IMG/VR virus record: IMGVR_UViG_3300027898_000001 | Strand: one strand, 5' to 3' | Source of the DNA: a virus | Taxonomy: Duplodnaviria; Caudoviricetes | DNA length: 64,000 nucleotides | Shown: one piece after another, positions 46,477-55,569 of the stretch | How the letters are laid out: each line of letters starts with the position of its first letter | How positions within the stretch are numbered: position 1 is the stretch's first letter | Position numbers and translations under genes: made by a program | The notes under the pieces: model-generated | What the model was told of the DNA's origin: nothing | Databases searched by the model: none | The model's input: only the letters and a program-made list of their open reading frames with translations

Positions 46477-48684
46477 GTGACTTTTCACATGAAAAAATCC
46501 GACATTATTCTAACGTCAAGCGGATTAATCAATTACGATTTAGTGAAATTGGGGCAAGACCCATTTGCAGTGTTGTCTAGTTTGAAGTCGGGTGATCTTG
46601 TTCCTCGAGACGACTTCGATCCTGAACTTGCAAAATCAGGCGGTTTATTAAAGCCTTCTGGAAATTTCGATATTGATATGATTGCAGAGGAGTTCAACAT
46701 TGCCAATATGGTGCGCAGTGTGTTGGATGAGAATGCTCTCGTACCAAAAGACATTAAGATTGATGATGGTGATTTCCCCTTAGCAAAGAATGTTTATGAT
46801 TGGGTATCACGCGACTCGTTTGCTGGTACTGTTATCACTCCGTTCCTAGAGCAGTTAATCTGGGGCGTAGTTTTGTTTGGGGAATATTGTGCAAGATGTT
46901 CAGATTTAGAATATTTATTCCATTCACATAAAGTAGACGATACAGTACCTCAATTTTTACGTAAGGTACAATTGCTAGAGCACGGTGTTTGCCCAGCATG
47001 TAAAGCACGTAAAAGTGAAATGGTTCTGTCAGAGGAGATGACATTTTACCAAGAACTTGCCGTACAAGCTGGTCAGCGTTCTGGTAAGACCGCCTGTGTT
47101 GGTGGTATTCTAACGCCTTATATGACTCACAGAGTTCTCAAAATGCAAAAGCCGTGCAACGTATTCGGCATTGCATCCTCTACTATGCTTCATGGTACCT
47201 TTTGTGCTTTGACGTATGCACAAGCAAAAGAAACTTTGTGGGAATTCTACTACGGCACTCTGATGACTTCCGAGTGGTTTAAAAATTATAATAGCATGTT
47301 GCGCTACTATGAAGGTAAATACGGACAATCTTTATTAAAACTAAATGATACATTCGTTGTCTACAGACCACGTAGTCTTATGTGGTATCCAGCCGGTCCA
47401 GATAAACGGGTTCTTCGTGGCCGTACACGCGTGTTTGGTGGTATAGATGAGATCGGATACTTCGATAATGATGCTGCCAGCAATAAAGTAAAGACTTCAG
47501 CGCACCACGTGTATGACGCTCTGGACGCCAGCCTATTGACCGTACGCGGTGCTGCGAACAGGCTCCTCAAGAGTGGCTATGATAACATCTTAACCGGCTA
47601 TAGTATGAATGTTTCGTCACCTGTTTCTCAGCGTGACAAGATTTGTACGCTGGTTCGTCAGGCACGTGGCAGTAAGACAATGTATGGTATTCACAGACCT
47701 ACATGGGAAGTGAATCCAGATTTCCCAAGAAATAGTACGGTTATTGTGGATGCTTATACACGTAACCCTGCGGATGCTGAACGTAACTATGGTGCTAACC
47801 CTCCACTATCTGCAAATCCTTATTTGTCAAACATTACATATATAGCTCAAGCGTTTCGTGGTAAGTCTAATCCTATAAAACTGAAAACTGTTGTTAAAAA
47901 CAGAAAACAAACTGGTCAAGCAAACAAATGGGCTAGAATCGAAAAGATTAAACGTGGCACTAAACCGTCTATGTTGACGATAGATGCAGGTGTTAGTTTT
48001 AACAGCTTCTCAATTACGGTATTACACATAGATGAAAAGACTGGTGAGTTTGTTGCACAGTTGATGTGTGAGATTATTCCAGAACCTGGCATACCATTAA
48101 ACTACACGCAAATTTATGATAACGTAATATCACCTATCATCACTGCGCGTAATGTTAAGGTAGTTCTTGCTGACAGATGGAACAGTATTAAGATATTGTC
48201 CGACATTGAAGCAGAATTTCCTGGTGTAACTGCGGAGCAGTATAGTTTGAAATACAAAGATATAGGCATTACTAAATCTCACTTAGAAGCAGGTACGCTT
48301 GTATTACCAAAGCGCGAAACAAAATCAGAGTTCCACGAACTACTGGAATTTGATAATGAGATATATCCTAACTGTTTTGCAGGACGTCCTGTAGATCATC
48401 TAGCTATGCAAATGCAAACTGTGCAAGACACTACTCTACAAGTTATCAAAGGTGATGGTTTAACTGATGATACGTGGCGCGCATTAGCATTAGGTGTATA
48501 TGGACTCAGTACAGATAAATACGCCGAGTTACTTATTGGTGCAGCTCCAGAACAGAAATCTAGCGGCTTAATGGCTGTCAGTCGTTTAGCTTCTGGTGGC
48601 GGTGGTGGTATAGGCTTTGGGGGAAATAGTGGCTCTATGTCACATAATTCTTCTATCGGTGTCATGGTTCGGAATGCTAGATAG
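46477..48684 (+). CDS. terL: Terminase large subunit
   Basis: AGQRSGKT Walker A, GIDEIGYF Walker B, RNase-H-like TIDAG...ADRWNS...DD; CxxC/CxxC insert; ATG 46489 possible. Confidence 0.88.
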   Translation: MTFHMKKSDIILTSSGLINYDLVKLGQDPFAVLSSLKSGDLVPRDDFDPELAKSGGLLKPSGNFDIDMIAEEFNIANMVRSVLDENALVPKDIKIDDGDFPLAKNVYDWVSRDSFAGTVITPFLEQLIWGVVLFGEYCARCSDLEYLFHSHKVDDTVPQFLRKVQLLEHGVCPACKARKSEMVLSEEMTFYQELAVQAGQRSGKTACVGGILTPYMTHRVLKMQKPCNVFGIASSTMLHGTFCALTYAQAKETLWEFYYGTLMTSEWFKNYNSMLRYYEGKYGQSLLKLNDTFVVYRPRSLMWYPAGPDKRVLRGRTRVFGGIDEIGYFDNDAASNKVKTSAHHVYDALDASLLTVRGAANRLLKSGYDNILTGYSMNVSSPVSQRDKICTLVRQARGSKTMYGIHRPTWEVNPDFPRNSTVIVDAYTRNPADAERNYGANPPLSANPYLSNITYIAQAFRGKSNPIKLKTVVKNRKQTGQANKWARIEKIKRGTKPSMLTIDAGVSFNSFSITVLHIDEKTGEFVAQLMCEIIPEPGIPLNYTQIYDNVISPIITARNVKVVLADRWNSIKILSDIEAEFPGVTAEQYSLKYKDIGITKSHLEAGTLVLPKRETKSEFHELLEFDNEIYPNCFAGRPVDHLAMQMQTVQDTTLQVIKGDGLTDDTWRALALGVYGLSTDKYAELLIGAAPEQKSSGLMAVSRLASGGGGGIGFGGNSGSMSHNSSIGVMVRNAR

Positions 48685-48722
48685 TGAAGTAATTTAGAGC
48701 ATTATATTAAAGAGGTTGTATC

Positions 48723-49490
48723 ATGGAAATTGAAGTATTAACTAGCGATGCTCTACTATCCGCAGAAGCTGCAGGTGTGCAAGACCAGCATAAATTGCAA
48801 GGACTATATCGTCCAGGTGGTGTTCTACCAAGAACTGAGAAACATGTTCCTGTTGGTAACTCACGTCGCCATGAAAAGGCTGTGTTTAAACATAATCTTG
48901 TAGAACATGGTGTTGAGTACCTTTACAATCCACCTCGTGCTGCTGTACCTATTCCAGACTCCGCGTTAAAACCTTTAGTTATTGACATTGCTAAGCGTTT
49001 AGGTTTGGATCGTAGCATTCAACATTCCTGTTATTTGTACTCTCGATCAGAAGGTACAATAGGTTTTGCATTCGTAGCATTTAACTTATCTGAAGAACTG
49101 TTATTGAAGTTTATTCCGATGTTTGATAAAACTATGATGGCACATGGTTGGACAAAACTTACTGTAGGTGTAGCAAAACTGGATGGTAGTGTGACTCGTG
49201 TGAATTTTATAATGCGCATGGCACAAAAGAAAGATGAACATCCGACCTTGCCAGAAGATACTCATGTCGGTGGTACTTCTATGGATGGTAGATTACCACA
49301 TGGTGCAAAGTCTATTAAGAAGCCTGACAATTCTGAACATACGGAAAAACTTAAAGGTCCTCACGATATTCATACTATGCGTCGAAAAGAACCTGCATCA
49401 CATGCTGGTGACGAAGACGAACCTATTGATCTTAAAACTGCGGGTATTGTAGATTCTGATTTATCTGACATACTTGGATGGGATAACTAA
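48723..49490 (+). CDS. Hypothetical, probably virion-associated
   Basis: ORF track; GAGGT RBS; TAATTTA at 48690-48696; lies between terminase and portal. Confidence 0.7.
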   Translation: MEIEVLTSDALLSAEAAGVQDQHKLQGLYRPGGVLPRTEKHVPVGNSRRHEKAVFKHNLVEHGVEYLYNPPRAAVPIPDSALKPLVIDIAKRLGLDRSIQHSCYLYSRSEGTIGFAFVAFNLSEELLLKFIPMFDKTMMAHGWTKLTVGVAKLDGSVTRVNFIMRMAQKKDEHPTLPEDTHVGGTSMDGRLPHGAKSIKKPDNSEHTEKLKGPHDIHTMRRKEPASHAGDEDEPIDLKTAGIVDSDLSDILGWDN

Positions 49491-50626
49491 TGGCTACTAA
49501 GCGCGATCCTAGAGTATACAAATGGTTTACGTATAACGGACGTAACCTGAAGTTGGAAACGGACGAACACGAATTATCTTTAACTAAGGGTGAAGTGTTT
49601 GGACTAAAGAAAGCAGGATCGCGCTATCATTTCGTAGATATGGATCGCGATGTTCAGATGCCTGTAGAAACTTTCGATGCAGAGCGTATGATTAAGAACT
49701 CTTCAGGTTATGCTGGACGTATAGGTAACTACAAAGTTGTTCCTGGCGTAGGTGGTTCGGATGTACCTAGACAAGAGAACGAAGTTCATATTGATAGTAC
49801 TATGTTCAAGCAGGGTTATTACGATAAAGTTAAAAAGACTCTAACATTAGAGTTTCGCAGTGGTGCTGTCTGGCAATATGAGAATGTATCTCCTAAAGAA
49901 GCCTTGTTGTTTGAAACCAGTAAATCTCAAGGCAGATACTACAACGACAAGATTAAGGATGTTAAGACGGGCCAACGCTTGCAAAGTCTTTCATCTAATG
50001 CTCCAATAGTTTATCGTGAGTATGAGTTACCGTCTCTGAATGAGCAACCTATGTTGCAATCCGCATTCTCTATAGGTGAGTCGGTTATGGTAGCATTTGG
50101 ATTGAGCGGCTTTTTAGCATTCTCTGATAATGTTGCTCGTGGTTGTGTCATTGCTGGTATACACTTTTACGAAGGTAAAGTAGCGTATGATGTTTATGTG
50201 CCTGTTGAGAAAACTGTTGACGGTGTTTTATACACATTGTTAACCAACATTGACAGCGTTGCTATTAATCCACCAATAGATAGTATGTCATCAAACTATA
50301 CGCTGCAGGCAGTTGTACAAAATATTAGTAAAAAGTTTGAAGCTAGTGTTGTGGATCGTACGGACGTTGGTGAAATGATTGAAGTAACTATACATACCAC
50401 ACCTGAAACTCATGCTAGTGTTCGTGCAACTATTTTACGTACAATGTTTACTGCACACTTCAAGCTAGATCATCAACCTGGTTATGAAGGTGTTAAATAT
50501 GCTTGGTTTATTTTCAATGATAACCGTGCAGTGTTGACTGACCATATAGATAAATTTGTTTTACTGCTATATAATGGTGATGAAACAGATGAAATCCCAG
50601 AAGCTATAAAGAAGCTGGCGCTTTAA
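49490..50626 (+). CDS. Multidomain protein with central KTSC domain
   Basis: STMFKQGYYD...LTLEFRSGAVWQYENV...SKSQGRYYNDKIK; N-terminal module shared with 58559. Confidence 0.8.
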   Translation: MATKRDPRVYKWFTYNGRNLKLETDEHELSLTKGEVFGLKKAGSRYHFVDMDRDVQMPVETFDAERMIKNSSGYAGRIGNYKVVPGVGGSDVPRQENEVHIDSTMFKQGYYDKVKKTLTLEFRSGAVWQYENVSPKEALLFETSKSQGRYYNDKIKDVKTGQRLQSLSSNAPIVYREYELPSLNEQPMLQSAFSIGESVMVAFGLSGFLAFSDNVARGCVIAGIHFYEGKVAYDVYVPVEKTVDGVLYTLLTNIDSVAINPPIDSMSSNYTLQAVVQNISKKFEASVVDRTDVGEMIEVTIHTTPETHASVRATILRTMFTAHFKLDHQPGYEGVKYAWFIFNDNRAVLTDHIDKFVLLLYNGDETDEIPEAIKKLAL

Positions 50627-50632
50627 CCAAAC

Positions 50633-50675
50633 AAACTCCTAATAATGTAAATACATAACACATTATTAGGAGTTT
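50633..50675 (+). promoter_or_regulatory. Perfect 16-bp hairpin covering the AGGAG RBS, with TGTAAATA at the stem-loop junction
   Basis: AAACTCCTAATAATGT (50633-50648) / ACATTATTAGGAGTTT (50660-50675); TGTAAATA at 50646-50653; ATG 50680. Confidence 0.75.
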
Positions 50676-50679
50676 TTCT

Positions 50680-51198
50680 ATGGGCATTGTTTTAGCTGTT
50701 ATTGGTAGTCGTGGTATTGGGGAACCTGTTAGGTATACTAATGAAATTTACCCTACTGCTACTTTCTATCCTACGTATAAGAACATGGGTCAACTAAACC
50801 TAGTTTTCAAAGAATTAAATTCAACTATTAAACGAATCGTAGAAATAGAGTCTGCAAAGAATCCCGATTTTAATCCTCGAATTGATATATCTTTATCAAT
50901 AGGTGATGCGGATGGTGCAGATGAATTAGCTAGGATATGGGCAGTAAAGAATCAATTGAATTATACAGTGCATGTTGCTAAGTGGAAAGTATTTGGTAAA
51001 TCTGCAGGACACAGACGTAATCCTGATATTATTGCACCTGCTGATTATGTAGTTGCATTCTATGATGGTGAAAGTTCAGGTACTGCTGGTGGTATTGAGT
51101 ACGCAAAGAAACGTGAAAAGAAATTGAAAGTCATTAGGTATCTTAAACACGTACCTTATTTAGGATCGCGCACGAAAAAGAGAAAGGTAACAACATGA
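50680..51198 (+). CDS. SLOG-superfamily (YspA/DUF2493-like) protein
   Basis: AVIGSRG...GDADGADELARIWA...AKW..FGKSAGHRRN..I...ADYVVAFYDGESSGT. Confidence 0.85.
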   Translation: MGIVLAVIGSRGIGEPVRYTNEIYPTATFYPTYKNMGQLNLVFKELNSTIKRIVEIESAKNPDFNPRIDISLSIGDADGADELARIWAVKNQLNYTVHVAKWKVFGKSAGHRRNPDIIAPADYVVAFYDGESSGTAGGIEYAKKREKKLKVIRYLKHVPYLGSRTKKRKVTT

Positions 51199-53081
51199 TA
51201 AAGTTTCCTAAACCGTCATTTCAACATTTAGGTGCATCTACAACTGTCGCCCCTTCGAGTGAAGGTTCACGACTTGGTTATGACAGTCGGGGTACTGTTA
51301 CTAAGAAGGTCCAGGCTATTACAAATAACTTTGTGTCAGAATCTAATAGCGGTATGCGAAACACACAGATAAGCCAAATGCCTATCGAAGTGGATATTGA
51401 CCCACTATTGAAAGACATTGTGTTTTCGGAAGATCTTGAACAGAAAAAGTTAGTTACCAGACTGTATCGCGATATTTATTATAACGATGCTGTTGGCGGT
51501 AGTGCAGTTGACTTGGTATCCACATTAGCATTTTCTGATTTAACATTGGGTGGTATTACTGATCCTATTGCAGAACGGCATTTCATGGAGACTATTGAGC
51601 GTCTTAATTGTCGCACATTGTTTCCATCCGCATCAGTTGACCACCTAGTAGATGGTGAGTTTATTGGTAGTATGCTTTACAATAAGACTTCAAAGAAACT
51701 ATTCGATCTTATGCCACACAGAAGCGACAACTGTAAGATAGATGCGTTACCTTTCTTTGAGCAGGACCCTATAATTACAGCCACGTTAGATCAAAGCGTT
51801 GCTGCACTGTTTTCAGGTGATAGTAAGCGTATAGCTAGTTTGAAAGCGCGCCTCGGTCCTGAGATAATAGACTTGCTATCGAAAGAAGCCATTGAACTCG
51901 ATCCAATGAGTACGATTCATGTACCAAGAAAAACATTCACAACTGGTGGGGGTGTTTCTTGGTTCAGACGTATATTGCCATTGTACTTAATTGAAAAGAA
52001 TTTGTTTCGAGGTACATTGGTTGAGTCCGCACGTAGACAGCGTGGTATATTACATATAACTCTCGGTGACGGTGATGCTTGGGAACCTACTCGCAGTGAT
52101 ATGGAATTCATAACTGAATTGTTTATGAACGCTGACTCGGATCCACTTGGTGCTATCATTGCAACTCGTTTAGGTGTTAGTACAGAAGAAATACGCCAAG
52201 GTGGTGACTTCTGGAAAGTAACTGATATATGGGATTCTACTGCAACATTTAAAATGCGATCACTAGGTCTATCTGAATCCCTTCTGTCGGGTGAGGCGAA
52301 CCTAGCAACTGCCGATGCTAACATGACAGTGTTCATTGATTGGCTCCGCACTTACCGTGATATGTGGACTCAGAAATTCTTCTACAACAAAGTATTTCCA
52401 CTTGTGTCGTTGTCACATGGCTATACGATCAACACTCGCGGTAAATTGATTCGTAAAGATGGTTTGATGACTGGGGATGTTCAGGCCAACTTAGATAGAA
52501 TGAATGACGGTAGTAGATTGCTTATTCCTACAGTACATTGGGCTAAACAATTGAAACCAGAAGGTGATAGTGCGTATATGGATATGTTGAACACACTTAC
52601 AGATAAAGGTGTTCCAGTACCGCTACGTGCGTTAGCTGCCGCAGGTGGATTTAACTTAGATAGCCTATTAGCAGATTCCAAAGACAACATTAATCTTATG
52701 GAACGTGTTATGACGTATGCAAAAGAAATTGCGGATGTTAAGAAGAAATACGGACCACAAGAGGCGGCAGATGATGGTTCTGCTCTAGCATCTACAGCAC
52801 AAGATACCGAGTTTGCTGCGCGTCAATTGTACAACATGCTTAATGGCGGTCGTTCCGCAGTATTGAATCAAGGTATGGGTAAACACGTAGGTTTAGCGTC
52901 ACGCGATTTTGGTGAAAGTAGTGAAATAACCACGCAGACTCGTACAGGTAAAAAGAAAATGGTGCACAACCAACGTGCTGCTAATAATCGTGCAAATGAT
53001 TCTATTAGACGTGCGGTTTCTAATATCACAGCTAACAAGAAGACACCATTAACACATTCAACTTATACACCACACAAGTAA
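51195..53081 (+). CDS. Portal protein
   Basis: 628 aa near terminase; LYRDIYYNDAVGGSAVDL, RRILPLYLIEKNLFRG pattern typical of jumbo myovirus portals. Confidence 0.65.
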   Translation: MIKFPKPSFQHLGASTTVAPSSEGSRLGYDSRGTVTKKVQAITNNFVSESNSGMRNTQISQMPIEVDIDPLLKDIVFSEDLEQKKLVTRLYRDIYYNDAVGGSAVDLVSTLAFSDLTLGGITDPIAERHFMETIERLNCRTLFPSASVDHLVDGEFIGSMLYNKTSKKLFDLMPHRSDNCKIDALPFFEQDPIITATLDQSVAALFSGDSKRIASLKARLGPEIIDLLSKEAIELDPMSTIHVPRKTFTTGGGVSWFRRILPLYLIEKNLFRGTLVESARRQRGILHITLGDGDAWEPTRSDMEFITELFMNADSDPLGAIIATRLGVSTEEIRQGGDFWKVTDIWDSTATFKMRSLGLSESLLSGEANLATADANMTVFIDWLRTYRDMWTQKFFYNKVFPLVSLSHGYTINTRGKLIRKDGLMTGDVQANLDRMNDGSRLLIPTVHWAKQLKPEGDSAYMDMLNTLTDKGVPVPLRALAAAGGFNLDSLLADSKDNINLMERVMTYAKEIADVKKKYGPQEAADDGSALASTAQDTEFAARQLYNMLNGGRSAVLNQGMGKHVGLASRDFGESSEITTQTRTGKKKMVHNQRAANNRANDSIRRAVSNITANKKTPLTHSTYTPHK

Positions 53082-53091
53082 GGGGTTTCGT

Positions 53092-53448
53092 ATGTTGTAT
53101 AAAGATTTCATTAAACAATTAAACTTCGGTATGTTGATTAAAGGTTACCGAATTGAAAGTAGCGGTACTGAGGCCGAGATTGTCCAACGTGCTGCCATGC
53201 TTTCAAAATATACAGGCACATTTGAACATAAAGGCGACATTATCGGTGTACGTCCAATGTCTGTACAAGAACGTGATATGTTGAGTATCCATTGGGCTGT
53301 AGATGCTTTGCAGAAACAAGGTGATTCCTACGTTATCATAGGTCATGTTAGAGAACAGGGTTTGTTGGATAAATTCTTGTTTGACCCTACTGATGATATT
53401 GACACACGTTTCGCAGAACTGGGCTTTGTTGTACATAGTGAGGTGTAA
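53092..53448 (+). CDS. Hypothetical protein
   Basis: ORF track. Confidence 0.7.
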   Translation: MLYKDFIKQLNFGMLIKGYRIESSGTEAEIVQRAAMLSKYTGTFEHKGDIIGVRPMSVQERDMLSIHWAVDALQKQGDSYVIIGHVREQGLLDKFLFDPTDDIDTRFAELGFVVHSEV

Positions 53449-53450
53449 TC

Positions 53451-53771
53451 ATGGATAAACGTATAAATTGGGCAACTCTTGATGCGGAAGAAAAAGCCCA
53501 GTATTTTGGTATTCATATTTTAAACTCAAAAGAAACAGTTTACGATTATGATTTGTTGCAGAAGTGTTTACTTCGCATTGACCTTGCCACTAGAAAGTTA
53601 TTTGTTAAAAACATGCTTAGTGAGACTGCGCACTCTGTTTATCAAGGTCTATCACAAGAGCAAGTGCAATCGGAAGAGACCATGTTGAACTATTACTTCC
53701 ATTTACTCGCAGCCGATCTTGATATGATGAGCAAATGTTTGTATTGGGCAGTACGTGGTGAGGGAGTGTAA
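53451..53771 (+). CDS. Hypothetical protein
   Basis: ORF track; GAGGT RBS. Confidence 0.7.
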   Translation: MDKRINWATLDAEEKAQYFGIHILNSKETVYDYDLLQKCLLRIDLATRKLFVKNMLSETAHSVYQGLSQEQVQSEETMLNYYFHLLAADLDMMSKCLYWAVRGEGV

Positions 53772-53958
53772 TGTTTTGGATCTTAAGTACAACTGTATAT
53801 TTGCAGGCATAGTTTTGGTATTGTGGTTAGCTGGTATCTTTGTACTCATTGGTATTCTGCTGATTATTATCAAAAACATAACAGTAGGTGCGTATAAATG
53901 GATGCAAAAATATTACACATTACAAATGAAATTGCTAGAAAGGCAAAAGAGCATCTAG
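53755..53958 (+). CDS. Small membrane protein
   Basis: Long hydrophobic run; start uncertain. Confidence 0.5.
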   Translation: MVRECNVLDLKYNCIFAGIVLVLWLAGIFVLIGILLIIIKNITVGAYKWMQKYYTLQMKLLERQKSI

Positions 53959-54119
53959 CTAATGGTCGTGAACTGTGTGCTGGTGCGCTTATATACGACG
54001 CCTTCCCAACTTATGCAGACGCGCAAGAAGTATTCACACTGTTATTAAGGTCCGAAGACGCTAACATAGTAGAATCCGTACGCGGTCTTGTGAAGACATT
54101 ATTCGAGGGCTATATGTAA
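53898..54119 (+). CDS. Hypothetical protein
   Basis: ORF track; TAATG coupling to next gene. Confidence 0.6.
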   Translation: MDAKILHITNEIARKAKEHLANGRELCAGALIYDAFPTYADAQEVFTLLLRSEDANIVESVRGLVKTLFEGYM

Positions 54120-54919
54120 TGACTCTAGGACCTATAAACGCAACAAAGTATATGAAGCGACAAGGTCTTGATCCTAATATGGTTTACGAGGCTCTTGTCG
54201 TCAACAACAATGATGAACGTAAGTTTTGTCGTATACAGGCAAGAATTCCAGGATTATTTGATGGTATTGCAGATGCCGATTTACCTTGGGCAGTACCTAC
54301 ATTTAATCATGTGCAGGGTACTCACGTATCTGGCAACGAGTGGAGTGGTATAGCTTACGTACCTAGAATTGGACATAAAGTAGGTATTAAATTCCCACTT
54401 GCTGATGCGCATAAGCCGATGTGGGGGCCATATATTACAGATGCTCAAACTGCATTGCCTAGTATGGCAACCAATTACCCTGATCGAATTGTATTTCATT
54501 TAGATCACGGCTTTTACGTTATCATAGATTCAAGAACTAACGAAGTATTTTTAAATAATCCTGGCGATTGGAATATGACAATCTTGGGTGACGTTAATCA
54601 ATACATTGTTGGCAACCAACAACTTGTAGTTACTAATAACAAGAACGATATTCCTGGATATTTGTTGAATGCTCCTGATACTGTACTGAAAAACTTAAAT
54701 GCAAAACCTGCCAAGAAGATAAACTTTTCTGGACTACTATCTAAAGGTAATGCGGGGAATCAACATACAACTATCACAGGCGATCAAACTGTGCTTGTCA
54801 AAGGTAATCGTAAAATAGTTGTGCAAGGTAACGATACTCTCGAAGTTAAAAAGAATAAGATTGAAAAGGTTGCTATGACAAGTCGATCAGAATGCCAACG
54901 CTCGGAGACAAATGGATGA
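54119..54919 (+). CDS. Baseplate hub/spike protein (T4 gp5/VgrG OB-fold plus beta-helix)
   Basis: ALVVNNND...CRIQARIPGL...LPWAVP...VPRIGHKVGIKF...P; C-terminal xTxxGDQTVxVxGN repeats. Confidence 0.82.
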   Translation: MTLGPINATKYMKRQGLDPNMVYEALVVNNNDERKFCRIQARIPGLFDGIADADLPWAVPTFNHVQGTHVSGNEWSGIAYVPRIGHKVGIKFPLADAHKPMWGPYITDAQTALPSMATNYPDRIVFHLDHGFYVIIDSRTNEVFLNNPGDWNMTILGDVNQYIVGNQQLVVTNNKNDIPGYLLNAPDTVLKNLNAKPAKKINFSGLLSKGNAGNQHTTITGDQTVLVKGNRKIVVQGNDTLEVKKNKIEKVAMTSRSECQRSETNG

Positions 54920-55110
54920 CAACTGACAGTAAAAAGTATTTGAGCCAGTACATTATGTGGGGAGCTTTTCGCCACGATTCAGGTAACACTGAATTTATTA
55001 AGTCCACTAATCCAAGTCATGATAAATTTTTGTATCACGACCACAAAATGCAACCTCTTCCACCTAACTCAAGACACCTTTCAACTCAACCCTCAACCTA
55101 TATGATGTGA
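54916..55110 (+). CDS. Hypothetical protein
   Basis: ORF track 54892-55110; ATGA overlap. Confidence 0.55.
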   Translation: MTTDSKKYLSQYIMWGAFRHDSGNTEFIKSTNPSHDKFLYHDHKMQPLPPNSRHLSTQPSTYMM

Positions 55111-55116
55111 TTTACT

Positions 55117-55485
55117 ATGAAAATCGTTTATGCTGATGTATTAAAACAATTAAAAATTCTGTTAGAAGAAGCCGCAAAAGAAGATGGTGTTTCGCATGTT
55201 GCTATATCACAATCTGATATGCGTACCTGTATCACACATCTGGATATGCCTACAATATTCCCTAATTACGCAAATGAACGTGCTACTAGGGACGCACAAT
55301 ATCGCACACAGTTAAAGCAAGTTAATGGTCGTATTAATGGTAATCAATTGAACGATATTGAGAAGAATCAAATGTTTGACAGACAGTTGGATCTTGAAAC
55401 AGCAATTCAAAATCTCGCACAAGCTGTACCCTCAGAAGCCGTAGCGTTCAACGGAATCTTAGTAAAAGTATCCATGAAGGCATAG
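55117..55485 (+). CDS. Hypothetical protein
   Basis: ORF track. Confidence 0.7.
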   Translation: MKIVYADVLKQLKILLEEAAKEDGVSHVAISQSDMRTCITHLDMPTIFPNYANERATRDAQYRTQLKQVNGRINGNQLNDIEKNQMFDRQLDLETAIQNLAQAVPSEAVAFNGILVKVSMKA

Positions 55486-55491
55486 CGAATA

Positions 55492-55561
55492 ACCACTCTT
55501 TTTACTCGATAATTTAAACGTGCATTAATGCAAGTTCATCTTTCAACCTTTAAAGAGTGGT
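55492..55561 (+). promoter_or_regulatory. 10-bp inverted repeat overlapping the RBS, enclosing TAATTTA and a 12-bp palindrome
   Basis: ACCACTCTTT (55492-55501) / AAAGAGTGGT (55552-55561); TAATTTA at 55510-55516; TGCATTAATGCA at 55521-55532. Confidence 0.55.
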
Positions 55562-55569
55562 GACAAAAC

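Noticed and set aside
53771-53812. TAATG-coupled 13-codon ORF overlapping the membrane ORF 53755-53958 as a possible frameshift
   Set aside because: It is too short to judge, and an in-frame TTG start at 53776 explains the membrane ORF without a shift.
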